DNA from: a virus
Lineage: Duplodnaviria; Heunggongvirae; Uroviricota; Caudoviricetes
Virus record (IMG/VR): IMGVR_UViG_3300027833_000012
Span: 48,257 to 112,256 of that record
Strand: one strand, 5' to 3'
DNA: 64,000 nucleotides
In this document: piece by piece, positions 1 through 10,415 of the stretch
Numbering within the stretch: position 1 is the stretch's first letter
How the letters are laid out: every line of letters begins with the position of its first letter
The notes under the pieces: model-generated
Told to the model about the DNA's origin: nothing
Database searches by the model: none
Seen by the model: the letters and a program-made list of their open reading frames with translations, nothing else
Program-made: the position numbers and the translations under genes

Positions 1-37
1 TCATAACCAGTTTTTCTAATTTTATTATCCATATTCC

Positions 38-286
38 TTACTTTAAGTTTCTTCTATTTAATTCACGTACATAACTGTAATAATTAAGCTCTCTTCTAGC
101 GTCTTCCCCATAGTATGTATCTTCATCATACCACACACTATCAACATCAAAACCACCGCCACCTCTCATTATAGTTAGCCCTTCATCGGCTTGTCTATCA
201 ATCCATTTAATAATATTCTTAAGGTGACTCAACTCTAAATCTATTAATTTAATTTCATCACCGTTTTTTGTTATATGATATTCCAT
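38..286 (-). CDS. hypothetical protein
   Basis: 82-aa ORF, no recognisable motif. Confidence 0.4.
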   Translation of the reverse strand: MEYHITKNGDEIKLIDLELSHLKNIIKWIDRQADEGLTIMRGGGGFDVDSVWYDEDTYYGEDARRELNYYSYVRELNRRNLK

Positions 287-288
287 AT

Positions 289-1323
289 TTAAAGTGCTTC
301 TTGCTCAAAGAAATATTCTCTAGCATATTGTGACACATATTTATTAATTTCTTTTGGTTCAAGACCAGCATCAGATATTATATCTAAATCTTCATCCATA
401 ATATCTTTAATTACTAACCTTATATAAGTTGAAAGATGTTTTCTATTAATATCTTCACCATTCTTAGTTACTTCATTAAACATTTGGCTTAATCTCCATA
501 CTGGAGTTACCTTACCAGCAACATCAATTATCTTCTGAAGTTTTTCATTATCAACCTTCTTAATCTTTTTTATCTTAGATTTACCAGCATGTCTATCATC
601 CTTAGTCTTAAATCTATGCATCGTACCTTTATACTCAACTGACCAAACTAGTCCTTCACCAATTCCGCTTGAACCAAAATGTTTTGCAACTGGACATTCA
701 TCACCTATTGCTGTGGTTAACTCCACAAACTTATTTTGAGCCATCTGAGGCACGTTAAAATCAACAGACACCTCGTAAGTCGGAAATTCATTTATGTTCC
801 AAATTTTATCGTTATTTTCAAACCTATAGTCCTCGAAAGGTAACCAGTAGTTAACAAAATCTGGATTAGATGGTTCAGAAACCTTAACACCAAACATGTA
901 GAATGCTTTTTCCAAATTAGCAATAGCGACATTTTTTTGAATACTACCACCAGCCCACTCACCATATACTGATATAGTGTATTTATCGGTATCAATATTG
1001 TTGTCATCACTTATTTTATTTATTAAACTTGTAAAATCAACTTTATTAGTTTCTACAAAAAAAGCGAAACCAGCATTGTCTTTCTCAAGTGTTATTACTT
1101 TTTCTCTAGATTGTGCCCATAAACCATCTTTTGAGTTATAACAAACTCCAGCATTAGTACCATGTATTTTAACGGTACCTTTGAAAATTAAGGTTGGTTT
1201 TTTAACTGTAGGGTCATAAATAGCATCACCATTTTCGTCTAAACCAACGAATGATATCATTCTACTTATGTTAGATACAACATTTCTAAATTGTGGTATC
1301 TTAGGGTAACTAATATGTTTCAT
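289..1323 (-). CDS. RNA ligase 2 (Rnl2-like nucleotidyltransferase)
   Basis: Motif I KIHGTN (identical to T4 Rnl2 lysine-adenylate motif); motif IV EGLVWS; motif V FKTK; about 344 aa like T4 Rnl2. Confidence 0.8.
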   Translation of the reverse strand: MKHISYPKIPQFRNVVSNISRMISFVGLDENGDAIYDPTVKKPTLIFKGTVKIHGTNAGVCYNSKDGLWAQSREKVITLEKDNAGFAFFVETNKVDFTSLINKISDDNNIDTDKYTISVYGEWAGGSIQKNVAIANLEKAFYMFGVKVSEPSNPDFVNYWLPFEDYRFENNDKIWNINEFPTYEVSVDFNVPQMAQNKFVELTTAIGDECPVAKHFGSSGIGEGLVWSVEYKGTMHRFKTKDDRHAGKSKIKKIKKVDNEKLQKIIDVAGKVTPVWRLSQMFNEVTKNGEDINRKHLSTYIRLVIKDIMDEDLDIISDAGLEPKEINKYVSQYAREYFFEQEAL

Positions 1324-1357
1324 ATTTTTATTATTTAATTGTTAAAGTACAAAGATA

Positions 1358-1399
1358 TAAAAAAAAAGGTTATAAAACAACTTTATAACCTTTTTTTTT
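1358..1399. terminator. bidirectional hairpin terminator
   Basis: A9-ggttataaaacaactttataacc-T9. Confidence 0.6.
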
Positions 1400-1619
1400 A
1401 AAATTTCCTATTATCTTCTACAAATAAGTTTGGGTTCTCTTTAATCCAACTTATTAAGTATTCTTGCAACATTGGTGGAATTGGAACTCCTTCCATATAT
1501 AACACTCCACCCACAATGTGAAATGTTTGACCATTTATGAAATTAAGTGTCCCATTATATCCAGGGATATTTAATACCATCTTATGTTTTAACCTATAAA
1601 CTCTATCTATCATATTCAT
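1398..1619 (-). CDS. hypothetical protein
   Basis: 73-aa ORF. Confidence 0.35.
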   Translation of the reverse strand: MNMIDRVYRLKHKMVLNIPGYNGTLNFINGQTFHIVGGVLYMEGVPIPPMLQEYLISWIKENPNLFVEDNRKF

Positions 1620-1637
1620 ATCAACTTATATTATTTT

Positions 1638-2957
1638 TTAGTCACCACTTGTTTTTACAGGTATCGAATGTATATTTAACCCCCCATTAGAAGTTTTATT
1701 ACTAACTTGGAATCCAGTAGAAGAAGAACTTCTATCAAATTTTTCTTTTAAGAATGATATTTTTCTAACCTCATCAATAACTTTAATTTCTGATTTTATA
1801 CTATTCACTATCATCTCTACAGTAACATTTTCAGTTTCAAGGGTATTATTTCTAAGTTTAAGCATCTTTATAGCATTAAATATATGTGAACCACTAACAC
1901 CCGACATGTGGAATAAACCTACAATAGCTTTATCTGAATAAATATCAATATCTTCATTAGTAATATCATCAAAATTTAATTTTAAAGATTTTAATATAAT
2001 ATTTTTAATATTATCAAATGTTAAGTCATTATAAAGTAATGTTTTATCGAACCTACCAGGTCTTTGTGCCGCTAAGTCTAATAAATGTGCAGCATTTGTA
2101 GTTGCAATAACACCAACATTATCGGCTAATTTGTCAGTACCATCCATAACGTCTAAAAAGTCACCTAATAATTGCGAATAAGACCCAGAGTTTCTATCAC
2201 CTAATGATAAATCTAAATCATCCAAGATAATAAGAGATGGTGCTAGAACATTTGCTAATTGGACCTTTTCGTGTAAATATTCACATATTGGGGTTTTTAT
2301 TATGGTAACACCTTGCTTGTTAAGTTCATTTGCTATAACTATTGTAGATTCCGTTTTACCAACTCCAGGATTACCTACTTTAAGGTATCTTAATATTTTA
2401 TTTGATTTTTTAAAAATATTAACATATAATTTTAAATTATCCATTATCTCATTAGGTAAAAAGATATCATCAAAACTTCTTTTTTCAATATCTTTACAAT
2501 CCCAAGAGAACTTATTCCTAGGCATCGTAAAGTACGACCCCTTAAGTTCTGAAGTTTCTAAAGCACAATATAATAAATAGTTATAAATAAATTCACCACT
2601 ATACTTAGTTTGCCCATTACTTTTCACTTTAACATTATATTTCATGTTAGCACCATCCCTATATTTTTTAAATTGGATAGTGAATAACACTCCATCAAAT
2701 TTAAATAAAAATGAAATACCTTCACTACTAAATGAATCCTCACTTACATTAAAATCAACACATATTGAGTTAGAATATAGTGGACAGATTAAATCAACAC
2801 TTAAACTCTCAGCTTTTTCTTTATCACCATCTATAATGTGAAAAAATGTGTCAAATATTTTAAATATGGCATCATTAGCACCACCCATATTTGAATTGAC
2901 TCTAATCTCAAATTCATTTATTTTATTATCTAATAATTTGTAAATTCTTTTATTCAT
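1638..2957 (-). CDS. AAA+ ATPase (classic clade)
   Basis: Walker A GNPGVGKTE; Walker B IILDDLD; sensor-1/arginine finger ATTNAAHLLDLAAQRPGRFD typical of FtsH/proteasomal AAA. Confidence 0.75.
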   Translation of the reverse strand: MNKRIYKLLDNKINEFEIRVNSNMGGANDAIFKIFDTFFHIIDGDKEKAESLSVDLICPLYSNSICVDFNVSEDSFSSEGISFLFKFDGVLFTIQFKKYRDGANMKYNVKVKSNGQTKYSGEFIYNYLLYCALETSELKGSYFTMPRNKFSWDCKDIEKRSFDDIFLPNEIMDNLKLYVNIFKKSNKILRYLKVGNPGVGKTESTIVIANELNKQGVTIIKTPICEYLHEKVQLANVLAPSLIILDDLDLSLGDRNSGSYSQLLGDFLDVMDGTDKLADNVGVIATTNAAHLLDLAAQRPGRFDKTLLYNDLTFDNIKNIILKSLKLNFDDITNEDIDIYSDKAIVGLFHMSGVSGSHIFNAIKMLKLRNNTLETENVTVEMIVNSIKSEIKVIDEVRKISFLKEKFDRSSSSTGFQVSNKTSNGGLNIHSIPVKTSGD

Positions 2958-2969
2958 ATCTTATATTTT

Positions 2970-4487
2970 TTATATTAATTTATTAAGTCCTTTAGCTGAT
3001 GAATCAATTTCTAAACATTCTTCGAATGAATTTGCAGTAACTTTATCATCCCTTAAGTTTTTTAAGCAAGGGTATAATACTGAATGACCACCATTTCTAT
3101 TACTAGATAAACCATTACACTTTACCTCGATTATAGTACCTAACAATGTTTCTTGATTATCTGTAATATATTCCATTAAATCTTCTGGTATTCCTTGTGC
3201 TTTTGTACTCAATTTACCACAAGAACTTTCACAAGTAACACTAGATATAACATTCTCATTCTTAGTACCTTCACTACCGTAATTGAATTCTACTATTTTT
3301 AAATCTAAGTCAAATTCAACTTTCATTTTAATCTGATAATTTGGTTTACCATTTTTCCAAACACCATCTAATGATTTTAATACAGTACCTTCTTCACCCT
3401 TACTTAACATATCACTAAAATGGTTTAAAGCTTCAGCATATGTACTTATGAATTTAAATTCAACCATAGAAATCATTTCATAATCATTTAAATCTAAGTT
3501 AAACTTCAACCAGTTTAACCTTTCTAATCTAGGTCTTTTACAAATATTAGTGTAATATTCATCAACTCCTATAATATCCCAAACTATAAATCTAATCCTA
3601 TCTAATAATTCAGAATAAACAAGACCATGTTTTTTAAACATATTGTCAATGGATTTAGTAGCAGCCTTATTATCTTTTTCTAAGTCAGAATTTAACTTTT
3701 TAGTTATATTAATTATACTTGTAATTAAACCGTTAGATGTTTCTCTTTTTATCCCATCAATTACTAGCTCCCCATTTAATACACAATCATTAAATGTTGA
3801 TAATTCGGTTAGTAGTTTACCACCACCTAATAATGTTTCTTCACCTTGTCTTGAAACTAGTTCTAATTCACCACTTCTAATTATAGCATTACAGTATCTA
3901 CCATCGGCCTTAACTTCAGAAATTGCCTTAACATCACCATTATAATTAGGGTCTAACTTATGGATTAAAATTTCATCCATGTCGGTAATATCTTTAACTT
4001 TATCAAATATAGCTTCAACTTTTTTACTGTTGAAAGATATTGCACCCATATAATGAGTTTTTTCAATAAGTTTTGGGAAAACCTTATTAATGTTAGATGT
4101 TCCCATACCTATTTTTAAATCCTTCTTTATTATTCTTTCTAGAACAATAGCATCATCCTTATGTGAATAAGTTAATAACTTTTTAAGATATTCAATTGCA
4201 GAATTACCAGTTAATTCTCTATCGTAAAATGTTGATAATTTAGCCAGTAATTGTGGCATTGTATAAGCATCTACTGGGTTATATATTGTCTCATATTCTG
4301 GGATTTGTTTTATAAAAAACTTAATCCTTTTTGATTTAGCATAGTATAACGCTTCAGTTAAGTAAGGTGTATTTTTATACTTTCTAAGTATGTCCATCTT
4401 TGCGTTAGAACCACTTTCATTTGAAATTTCGTCAAATATTTCTTTTATTCTCATGTAATTAATTTTATTTTTTAGCAAGATACTCAC
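2970..4487 (-). CDS. ATP-dependent DNA ligase (T4 gp30-like)
   Basis: Motif I KADGRY matches T4 ligase KADGAR; 505 aa versus 487 aa in T4. Confidence 0.8.
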   Translation of the reverse strand: MSILLKNKINYMRIKEIFDEISNESGSNAKMDILRKYKNTPYLTEALYYAKSKRIKFFIKQIPEYETIYNPVDAYTMPQLLAKLSTFYDRELTGNSAIEYLKKLLTYSHKDDAIVLERIIKKDLKIGMGTSNINKVFPKLIEKTHYMGAISFNSKKVEAIFDKVKDITDMDEILIHKLDPNYNGDVKAISEVKADGRYCNAIIRSGELELVSRQGEETLLGGGKLLTELSTFNDCVLNGELVIDGIKRETSNGLITSIINITKKLNSDLEKDNKAATKSIDNMFKKHGLVYSELLDRIRFIVWDIIGVDEYYTNICKRPRLERLNWLKFNLDLNDYEMISMVEFKFISTYAEALNHFSDMLSKGEEGTVLKSLDGVWKNGKPNYQIKMKVEFDLDLKIVEFNYGSEGTKNENVISSVTCESSCGKLSTKAQGIPEDLMEYITDNQETLLGTIIEVKCNGLSSNRNGGHSVLYPCLKNLRDDKVTANSFEECLEIDSSAKGLNKLI

Positions 4488-5253
4488 GATTCCTACCCAT
4501 ATGTTCTGGGTATAATAAGTAAAGTGGTTCAGATTGTGTTATTTCTTTAGTGTCAATATTCATTATAGATAACTTACCACTATATGTTGCACCAGTGTCC
4601 ATATTCCACACATTACCAATATTTATTGGTTTGTCATCATTGTAGTTAATTGTTGGGGTGTGACCTATATAAATTTCTTTATATTGTCCCCATATTACAC
4701 CCACCTTTTCAAAGTTACGTTGTTCAATCATATAACCCCAGAATGACCTATCCCAATAGAATGTTGCATTTTCACCTTTTTTAGTTTGACCAACATCCAT
4801 ATGATACTGTTTATCCATAGCAACCCTTGGATTAAAACCAGCATGTACGAACACCCTATTATCTTCATCAATATAATATTCTAATGCATTAGTTAAAAAT
4901 TCTAAATGAACGTTTAACATTTCCTCAGATTTATTAAAATAACTATCATATGTTTCTTTACCACCTTGACTATACCATAAATGGTTTTCTGAAGTTGGAC
5001 CCGTTTTAAGTGCGTCACGTAAAAACCTTTCAGTCCATTCATCATGATTACCCTTTAAATAAACCAATTTCTTGATTTTAATTAACTCTTCTATAACTTC
5101 AGCTGTCTCTGGCCAACCATCTGTAGCATCACCTAGGGCAATTAGCTTATCATTATCGTAATCAAAACTAACCTTTTCTAGTACTTGAATAAATGCCTTA
5201 TAACCACCATGAATATCCCCTATACAAAACGTTCTACTTATATTATTTTTCAT
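4465..5253 (-). CDS. calcineurin-like metallophosphoesterase (lambda-phosphatase/PnkP-phosphatase family)
   Basis: GDIHG, GDATDGW (GDxxDRG) and GNHDE motifs. Confidence 0.8.
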   Translation of the reverse strand: MKNNISRTFCIGDIHGGYKAFIQVLEKVSFDYDNDKLIALGDATDGWPETAEVIEELIKIKKLVYLKGNHDEWTERFLRDALKTGPTSENHLWYSQGGKETYDSYFNKSEEMLNVHLEFLTNALEYYIDEDNRVFVHAGFNPRVAMDKQYHMDVGQTKKGENATFYWDRSFWGYMIEQRNFEKVGVIWGQYKEIYIGHTPTINYNDDKPINIGNVWNMDTGATYSGKLSIMNIDTKEITQSEPLYLLYPEHMGRNREYLAKK

Positions 5254-5254
5254 G

Positions 5255-5740
5255 TTATTGTAATAATGTTGTTAAATGGTCCCACATTGGTTGTGCACTA
5301 GATGGTGAAGCTTCATATAAAGCTTCTCTAAATTCAGCATATTCTGTCTTATACATATCAATTTTACCACCCATCTCTACGTTTGCAATTCTATCTGCTA
5401 ATTTTAATATAATAGCGTCTGGTATACTAGCAGTCTTAGGTAAAGTTTTTAGTTTTTTTTCTCTTCTGGACCTACCTAATTCATCAGTCACACCATAAAC
5501 CATTTCAGCTACATCAAGCCCAAAATATTTATTTATTTTGTTGTAAGATAAGTCTGTATCTTCTAGCGTATCATGTAAATAACCACCAATAATATACTTA
5601 CCATGATGTCCGAATTTTTTTAAAACTTCAACAACATCATCCAAGTGTTTCCAATAAGGGTATATATCCGAATACGTCTTATTACCATGAGCTTTTATGG
5701 CTACTAACCTAGCTTCTTCATAAATTTTTACTGTATACAT
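5255..5740 (-). CDS. HD-domain hydrolase, RelA/SpoT-like (p)ppGpp hydrolase fold
   Basis: GYLHDTLEDTD resembles the RelA/SpoT HD motif LHDVIEDT. Confidence 0.55.
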   Translation of the reverse strand: MYTVKIYEEARLVAIKAHGNKTYSDIYPYWKHLDDVVEVLKKFGHHGKYIIGGYLHDTLEDTDLSYNKINKYFGLDVAEMVYGVTDELGRSRREKKLKTLPKTASIPDAIILKLADRIANVEMGGKIDMYKTEYAEFREALYEASPSSAQPMWDHLTTLLQ

Positions 5741-5797
5741 AGTTACTTTTTATTTAAGTCAAAGATACGTATAAAAAACACAATAAACAAATAAATT

Positions 5798-6205
5798 TTA
5801 ACTTATTTGTTTAGGTGGTTCATAATTAGTTTCAAGCAACGTCATAATTTCATTTAATTTTTTAAAATCACCATTTAATATTTTTAAAACTTCGTATGAA
5901 ATTTCATCCCAAGATGGTTCTGACTCTTCCGCTTTATAACTAGAAACTAAACCTGGTATTAATGTGTCCATATCAAGTATATTTAATCTAGTTGATTCAT
6001 TACTAAAGATTTTTCCACAATCTGAAGTGAATAAAATATTATAATAAAGTCTAGGTGACCTAACACAAGCCCCTACGGGTAAAACAATCCAATCACTCTT
6101 AGCAAGATTTGAAGAGATTAGACGTGTTGTAAATGTTAAGTTATCTCGATTTAATTGATTTAATCTAATGGTACCAGACACACCATCTTTATTTATATAT
6201 TTCAT
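5798..6205 (-). CDS. hypothetical protein
   Basis: 135-aa ORF. Confidence 0.4.
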   Translation of the reverse strand: MKYINKDGVSGTIRLNQLNRDNLTFTTRLISSNLAKSDWIVLPVGACVRSPRLYYNILFTSDCGKIFSNESTRLNILDMDTLIPGLVSSYKAEESEPSWDEISYEVLKILNGDFKKLNEIMTLLETNYEPPKQIS

Positions 6206-6209
6206 AATT

Positions 6210-6662
6210 TTAATTTGTTAAACTTTTATTTTCTTCAATTAACGTAAAAAGACAATGTTCAAATGCTATCTTAAGCATTTTTAACCTACTTGAAGCCCCG
6301 AAATCTTCACCCACACCTGGTTTTTCTTCACCAACCCTATAAATGTATAACCTATAGCAAATAAACTCATCACTAACAAGTGTTTCACTTTCTTTTTCAT
6401 TTAGATACCCATCAACTAATAATTCAATATGAAACCCCTTAGTTATTAACCATTCGATAACCTGGTCATTAGTTGGTACTATTACAGTATCTTTTTGGTT
6501 AATATCAATAACTTCATTGAATGCTAAGAAGTGTTCTAATTCTGAATATAATTTAGGTTCATCTTCATTGTAATGGTTTCTATATGTTGCAACACACTCT
6601 TCATTAAAACCTAATTCTTTAAGTTGTAAAGCTAGTTGGTAATTTAAAAACATTTCTTTCAT
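6210..6662 (-). CDS. hypothetical protein
   Basis: 150-aa ORF. Confidence 0.4.
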   Translation of the reverse strand: MKEMFLNYQLALQLKELGFNEECVATYRNHYNEDEPKLYSELEHFLAFNEVIDINQKDTVIVPTNDQVIEWLITKGFHIELLVDGYLNEKESETLVSDEFICYRLYIYRVGEEKPGVGEDFGASSRLKMLKIAFEHCLFTLIEENKSLTN

Positions 6663-6710
6663 AATTTATAATTTTATACAAAGGTAAGAAATAATTAACG
6701 ATTAACCTAA

Positions 6711-7043
6711 TTATTTCTTACTTTCTTTTTTAATCCCTAAGTAAGTTCCAACAGAACCACCAATAATAAATGCTAATATCGGTAAAGGTTGACCCTCGGT
6801 TATTGAATTCATACCAAAGGTCATTGATACTAGCCATGTTATACCAATACCATTACCAGTTATTATCGTAGCTAACATTCTTCTTTCCGAAGTATATATA
6901 ACATTTAATGTTCTCAAATAAATAAAAATTATCTGAGATGCTAAAATAACCAGTGCTGAATAATATTGATTTTCAAGTATTTCAGTAAAATCTACCATGA
7001 TATTATATTTTTTATAAAATGTTATACAATCTCTTATTATCAA
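6711..7043 (-). CDS. small membrane protein
   Basis: 110 aa with three hydrophobic helices. Confidence 0.4.
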   Translation of the reverse strand: MIIRDCITFYKKYNIMVDFTEILENQYYSALVILASQIIFIYLRTLNVIYTSERRMLATIITGNGIGITWLVSMTFGMNSITEGQPLPILAFIIGGSVGTYLGIKKESKK

Positions 7044-8127
7044 GGTTAATCATGTAATCTTCTACTGTATCAACCTTACCATCTTTAAGGTTAAAGAATA
7101 AAGAAGAAAACTCCTTAACATCTCTTTTTGATGTTATTTCAAAAACTTTCATTGCGAACTTTTTTTGTTCACCCTTAGTTATGTTTTTAGGTTTGAATGT
7201 GGTTAATTCTTCCCAAACACTTATTAAGTCTAATGTCAGTTTATCGTAATTCACCTTAAGTCTAGTTATCTCTTCTTTTCTTTCTGGAAAAGCAACTACG
7301 AATTCATCAATTTCATTAGATTTAACTACCTCCATAATACTATGCTCACTAGTCTTAGATTTTAAGTGATGTACCGCAATATATTCTGGATTCTTTAATT
7401 TAACTCTATTAAAATTTGCATCGACAACAACATAACCTTCGTCATACCATGGCATATCTTTAAATGTATTAACTAAAACTCCAGCATTTTTAGCATTCAT
7501 ACTGTATGATTTAACTAATGGTACATTTAAAACTTTTGCAACATCCTTTAATGAATTATAGTCAATTTCCAACAACCCTGACAATCTTCTAGCTGCTAAT
7601 AGTGTTATAGAAGACTCCTTATGTGGTTTAACTACAATATTATAAGGTGTGGTCAATTCGAACATATATACAACACCCTTTGTTAAGGCATCTAAATTCA
7701 TATTTATTTTGTTAGCTGTTTCCCAAAATAAATCATTAAATGTTGTTCCGAATTTATTGTTAACCTCACCATCACCTTCAGCAGTACCAGTTGTTGCTGC
7801 AAACCAAGTTTCTTTATTCCAATCCCAATATAATTGAATCATAGAACCATCTAACTTCTCCAATACGTGTGCAGTATCCCAATCAACTTTAGAAGCTAAT
7901 GATTCTGCATTATTGAAGAATTTTTTAAAAGAAAGTGACATAACTTTCCAAGTTCCCTTTTCCAATATTAAACCTCTACACTCTTGAACTTCCGTTAAAG
8001 ACATGTCAGATTCAATCTGATTGTATTTAATAAGAACTTTATCACCATAGTCTTTAACTTTAAGTTTAAAAGCCTTTTCTACACTATCTATACCGTTTTT
8101 ATTTATGTATTCTACTATCTTTAACAT
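7012..8127 (-). CDS. RNA ligase 1 (T4 RnlA-like)
   Basis: Motif I EKLDGS at about residue 90 (T4 RnlA K99 KEDGSL); 371 aa versus 374 aa in T4 RnlA. Confidence 0.75.
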   Translation of the reverse strand: MLKIVEYINKNGIDSVEKAFKLKVKDYGDKVLIKYNQIESDMSLTEVQECRGLILEKGTWKVMSLSFKKFFNNAESLASKVDWDTAHVLEKLDGSMIQLYWDWNKETWFAATTGTAEGDGEVNNKFGTTFNDLFWETANKINMNLDALTKGVVYMFELTTPYNIVVKPHKESSITLLAARRLSGLLEIDYNSLKDVAKVLNVPLVKSYSMNAKNAGVLVNTFKDMPWYDEGYVVVDANFNRVKLKNPEYIAVHHLKSKTSEHSIMEVVKSNEIDEFVVAFPERKEEITRLKVNYDKLTLDLISVWEELTTFKPKNITKGEQKKFAMKVFEITSKRDVKEFSSLFFNLKDGKVDTVEDYMINLDNKRLYNIL

Positions 8128-8138
8128 ATTTTCATTTT

Positions 8139-8498
8139 TTATTCATCCTTTGGTTCATCATCAAGATTTTCATTATCAAAATCTTCACTAGCATTACCAA
8201 AATCTATATCAAGGTTATCTTTTATCTCACGTAATACGTCATCTAATTCACTATCCCCCATACCAGCGATATTGCTATTCGACATATATTTATCGATTAT
8301 TTTCTTAGATGAAAACATAGAACACAAGTCTGTAAATGTTTTCATATCATCAACATCAAACAACAATCCACTAGCTAGTATTAAAACATCACCAGTTGCC
8401 GATATTAGATAATCACCATTTTCTTGCCCTTCTTTATTTAAGGCTCTACCTAAATTAAATAACTTATCACTAAGTTCATCATGTCTTTTATTTTCCAT
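8139..8498 (-). CDS. acidic hypothetical protein
   Basis: 119 aa; Asp/Glu-rich C terminus. Confidence 0.4.
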   Translation of the reverse strand: MENKRHDELSDKLFNLGRALNKEGQENGDYLISATGDVLILASGLLFDVDDMKTFTDLCSMFSSKKIIDKYMSNSNIAGMGDSELDDVLREIKDNLDIDFGNASEDFDNENLDDEPKDE

Positions 8499-8516
8499 AT
8501 CTCATATTTTATATTC

Positions 8517-8526
8517 ACAAATATAC
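8517..8526 (-). promoter_or_regulatory. -7 promoter element acaaatatac
   Basis: 18 nt upstream of the ATG at 8498. Confidence 0.4.
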
Positions 8527-8560
8527 ATAAATAATAACACTTATGCAAATTGTATTAACT

Positions 8561-9622
8561 TTATTTAAATGTTATTTCATTAACTATACCACTTAGGTTT
8601 ATATAATTCTCCAAATTAGACCAATTAGTGATGTCATTAGACATTACTGGTTTAGCACCCTCTTTAGAATTAATTGCTAAAGTTATGTGTGGTATTTCAT
8701 TATCACTATGATAACCTTCAACCATAACTGCAACAGCCATATCACTAACCCCCACTTTAGTTACCCTTATTGGTTTTATATCACCTAAATCAGACTTCAA
8801 ATCTTCTGACAATCCCTTACCGAAATTTATAGTCATATGTTTAGCTATCACCTCCCAACCTTCTGGTATGTAATGCTTAGTAGCTTCAATCAGTTTTTTT
8901 CTTGAGTTATCACCTAACTTAAGTGAAGCCCATTTTTTTCGTTTACCGTTCTTACTTTCCATTATCTTCTTAACTGTTAATTCACCAATACTAGCGTGTG
9001 ATGAAATCATTCTTTTAATTGTTTCTAAAGGTACATTATGTGTATTTCTATTAGCTAACTCTTCAGCTGTAAACCCATTTGTCCCAATATCAACTATTTT
9101 AATGTTACCTTCATCAAAACCCATCTTTAAAGCTGTCTCAACGTACATCTTAGAGTCTCTAGGTTTTATTCCAGTATTATCTATAATAACTGGAGAAACA
9201 CCCCTTAGCATGTCTGATTTAGCGTTTCTATAATTTTGTCCATGCATCTTTCCAAGTGCACTAAAGTCATTACTTTCTTTCATTTTCTTAAAGAAGTCGT
9301 TATAATCACCATTAGACTCAATCACTTCATCAGTAGAGTGAATTGTACCCTCATTAACTAAGCTTTTTGCTTTAGTACTCTTACCAGCACCTGGTTACGG
9401 TATCCCTCTCATGATGAATAACTCTTGAGAGGGACGTGTAATTTTTACGTTAATTGAATTGTATTCTACTAGAATATCTTTTATATTTTTCTTACCCATG
9501 TTTATTAATGAATCACAAACCTTTACATTATATGAGGAAAAAGAACCCCTAAAAAGGGTGTTGAATCCGACCCATTTAACTAATCTTCTATTTTTATATT
9601 TCATAATTATTATTTTATACAA
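8561..9622 (-). CDS. polynucleotide kinase - 2H cyclic phosphodiesterase fusion (Trl1-like healing module), interrupted by an in-frame TAA
   Basis: Upstream ORF ends ...LFIMRGIP then TAA (9395-9397), and the same frame continues PGAGKST... (P-loop kinase). The C-terminal half has two H-x-T-x motifs (HMTINF, HITLAI) of the 2H phosphoesterase (LigT/CPD) family. Deleting 6 nt (gtaacc) would restore a canonical Walker A RGIPGAGKST. Confidence 0.6.
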
Positions 9623-9658
9623 AGATACTAATAATAATTGGAAATATTATTATAAAAT

Positions 9659-10165
9659 CTAATTAATTTTTAAAAATCTAATGAAAAAGAAAATACTTAC
9701 ACAAAATAAACCTATAGATTCAGCTAAGAATAAGGTTATAACATTTAAGAATAATAAAGTTAGTGTAGTTAAGACTATGATGAATATACTTATTTTAGTT
9801 TGTTTAGAGAAAACCTTACTAAAATAAATCAATATAAATAAATTCTCCAGGAAAAATAAAATAGCAAACACATCATGAATATACTCACCCTCTTTTACTG
9901 GGAAGATAACAACACCTAACATTGAGATACCTAGGATAATGTTAAACCTTCTATTTTTATCTATTATACCGTCTAATATAAAGAAAATACTTATAAAACT
10001 TAAAGTCACAATATAAAACCAACACGCTTCTGAATAGATATATTTACTAACACTATCTAAAAATTCACCAGTAATTACTGGTAAAAATACAGGTAAAATA
10101 AAAAGCGTTATCGATAGAAATAATTCTACCTTGATAACGCTTTTTATAATGTTAATTTGGTTCAT
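9659..10165 (-). CDS. polytopic membrane protein
   Basis: 168 aa; 5-6 hydrophobic helices. Confidence 0.45.
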   Translation of the reverse strand: MNQINIIKSVIKVELFLSITLFILPVFLPVITGEFLDSVSKYIYSEACWFYIVTLSFISIFFILDGIIDKNRRFNIILGISMLGVVIFPVKEGEYIHDVFAILFFLENLFILIYFSKVFSKQTKISIFIIVLTTLTLLFLNVITLFLAESIGLFCVSIFFFIRFLKIN

Positions 10166-10230
10166 AACGGACTATATGTTTTCTATTAAATAAATATGTA
10201 AAATTTCCACTTTTATTGGGGTTTTTACAC

Positions 10231-10413
10231 TTATTTTCTAAAAAATCCTGTCCAACCCAATGTCTTACCTTTTCTTCCCCTAGATTTAGGTCCTTCTTTT
10301 AAGTACCAACCACCTTTTTTTGATTTACTCTTATAAACATGTGTTTCTCTATCACTAAACATGTCAAGTAAATTTTCCCACATTTCTAACCAATCAAAAT
10401 CATCTTTTGCCAT
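10231..10413 (-). CDS. small basic protein
   Basis: 60-aa Lys/Arg-rich ORF. Confidence 0.3.
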   Translation of the reverse strand: MAKDDFDWLEMWENLLDMFSDRETHVYKSKSKKGGWYLKEGPKSRGRKGKTLGWTGFFRK

Positions 10414-10415
10414 AA

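Noticed and set aside
2302-2841. Plus-strand ORFs of 60-140 aa nested inside minus-strand genes (e.g. 2302..2580, 3643..3945, 27137..27571, 54322..54696, 55003..55314)
   Set aside because: They lie antisense within strongly supported coding regions, have low-complexity Ser/Leu/Phe-rich translations typical of antisense AT-rich DNA, and have no promoter motif. Judged non-coding.
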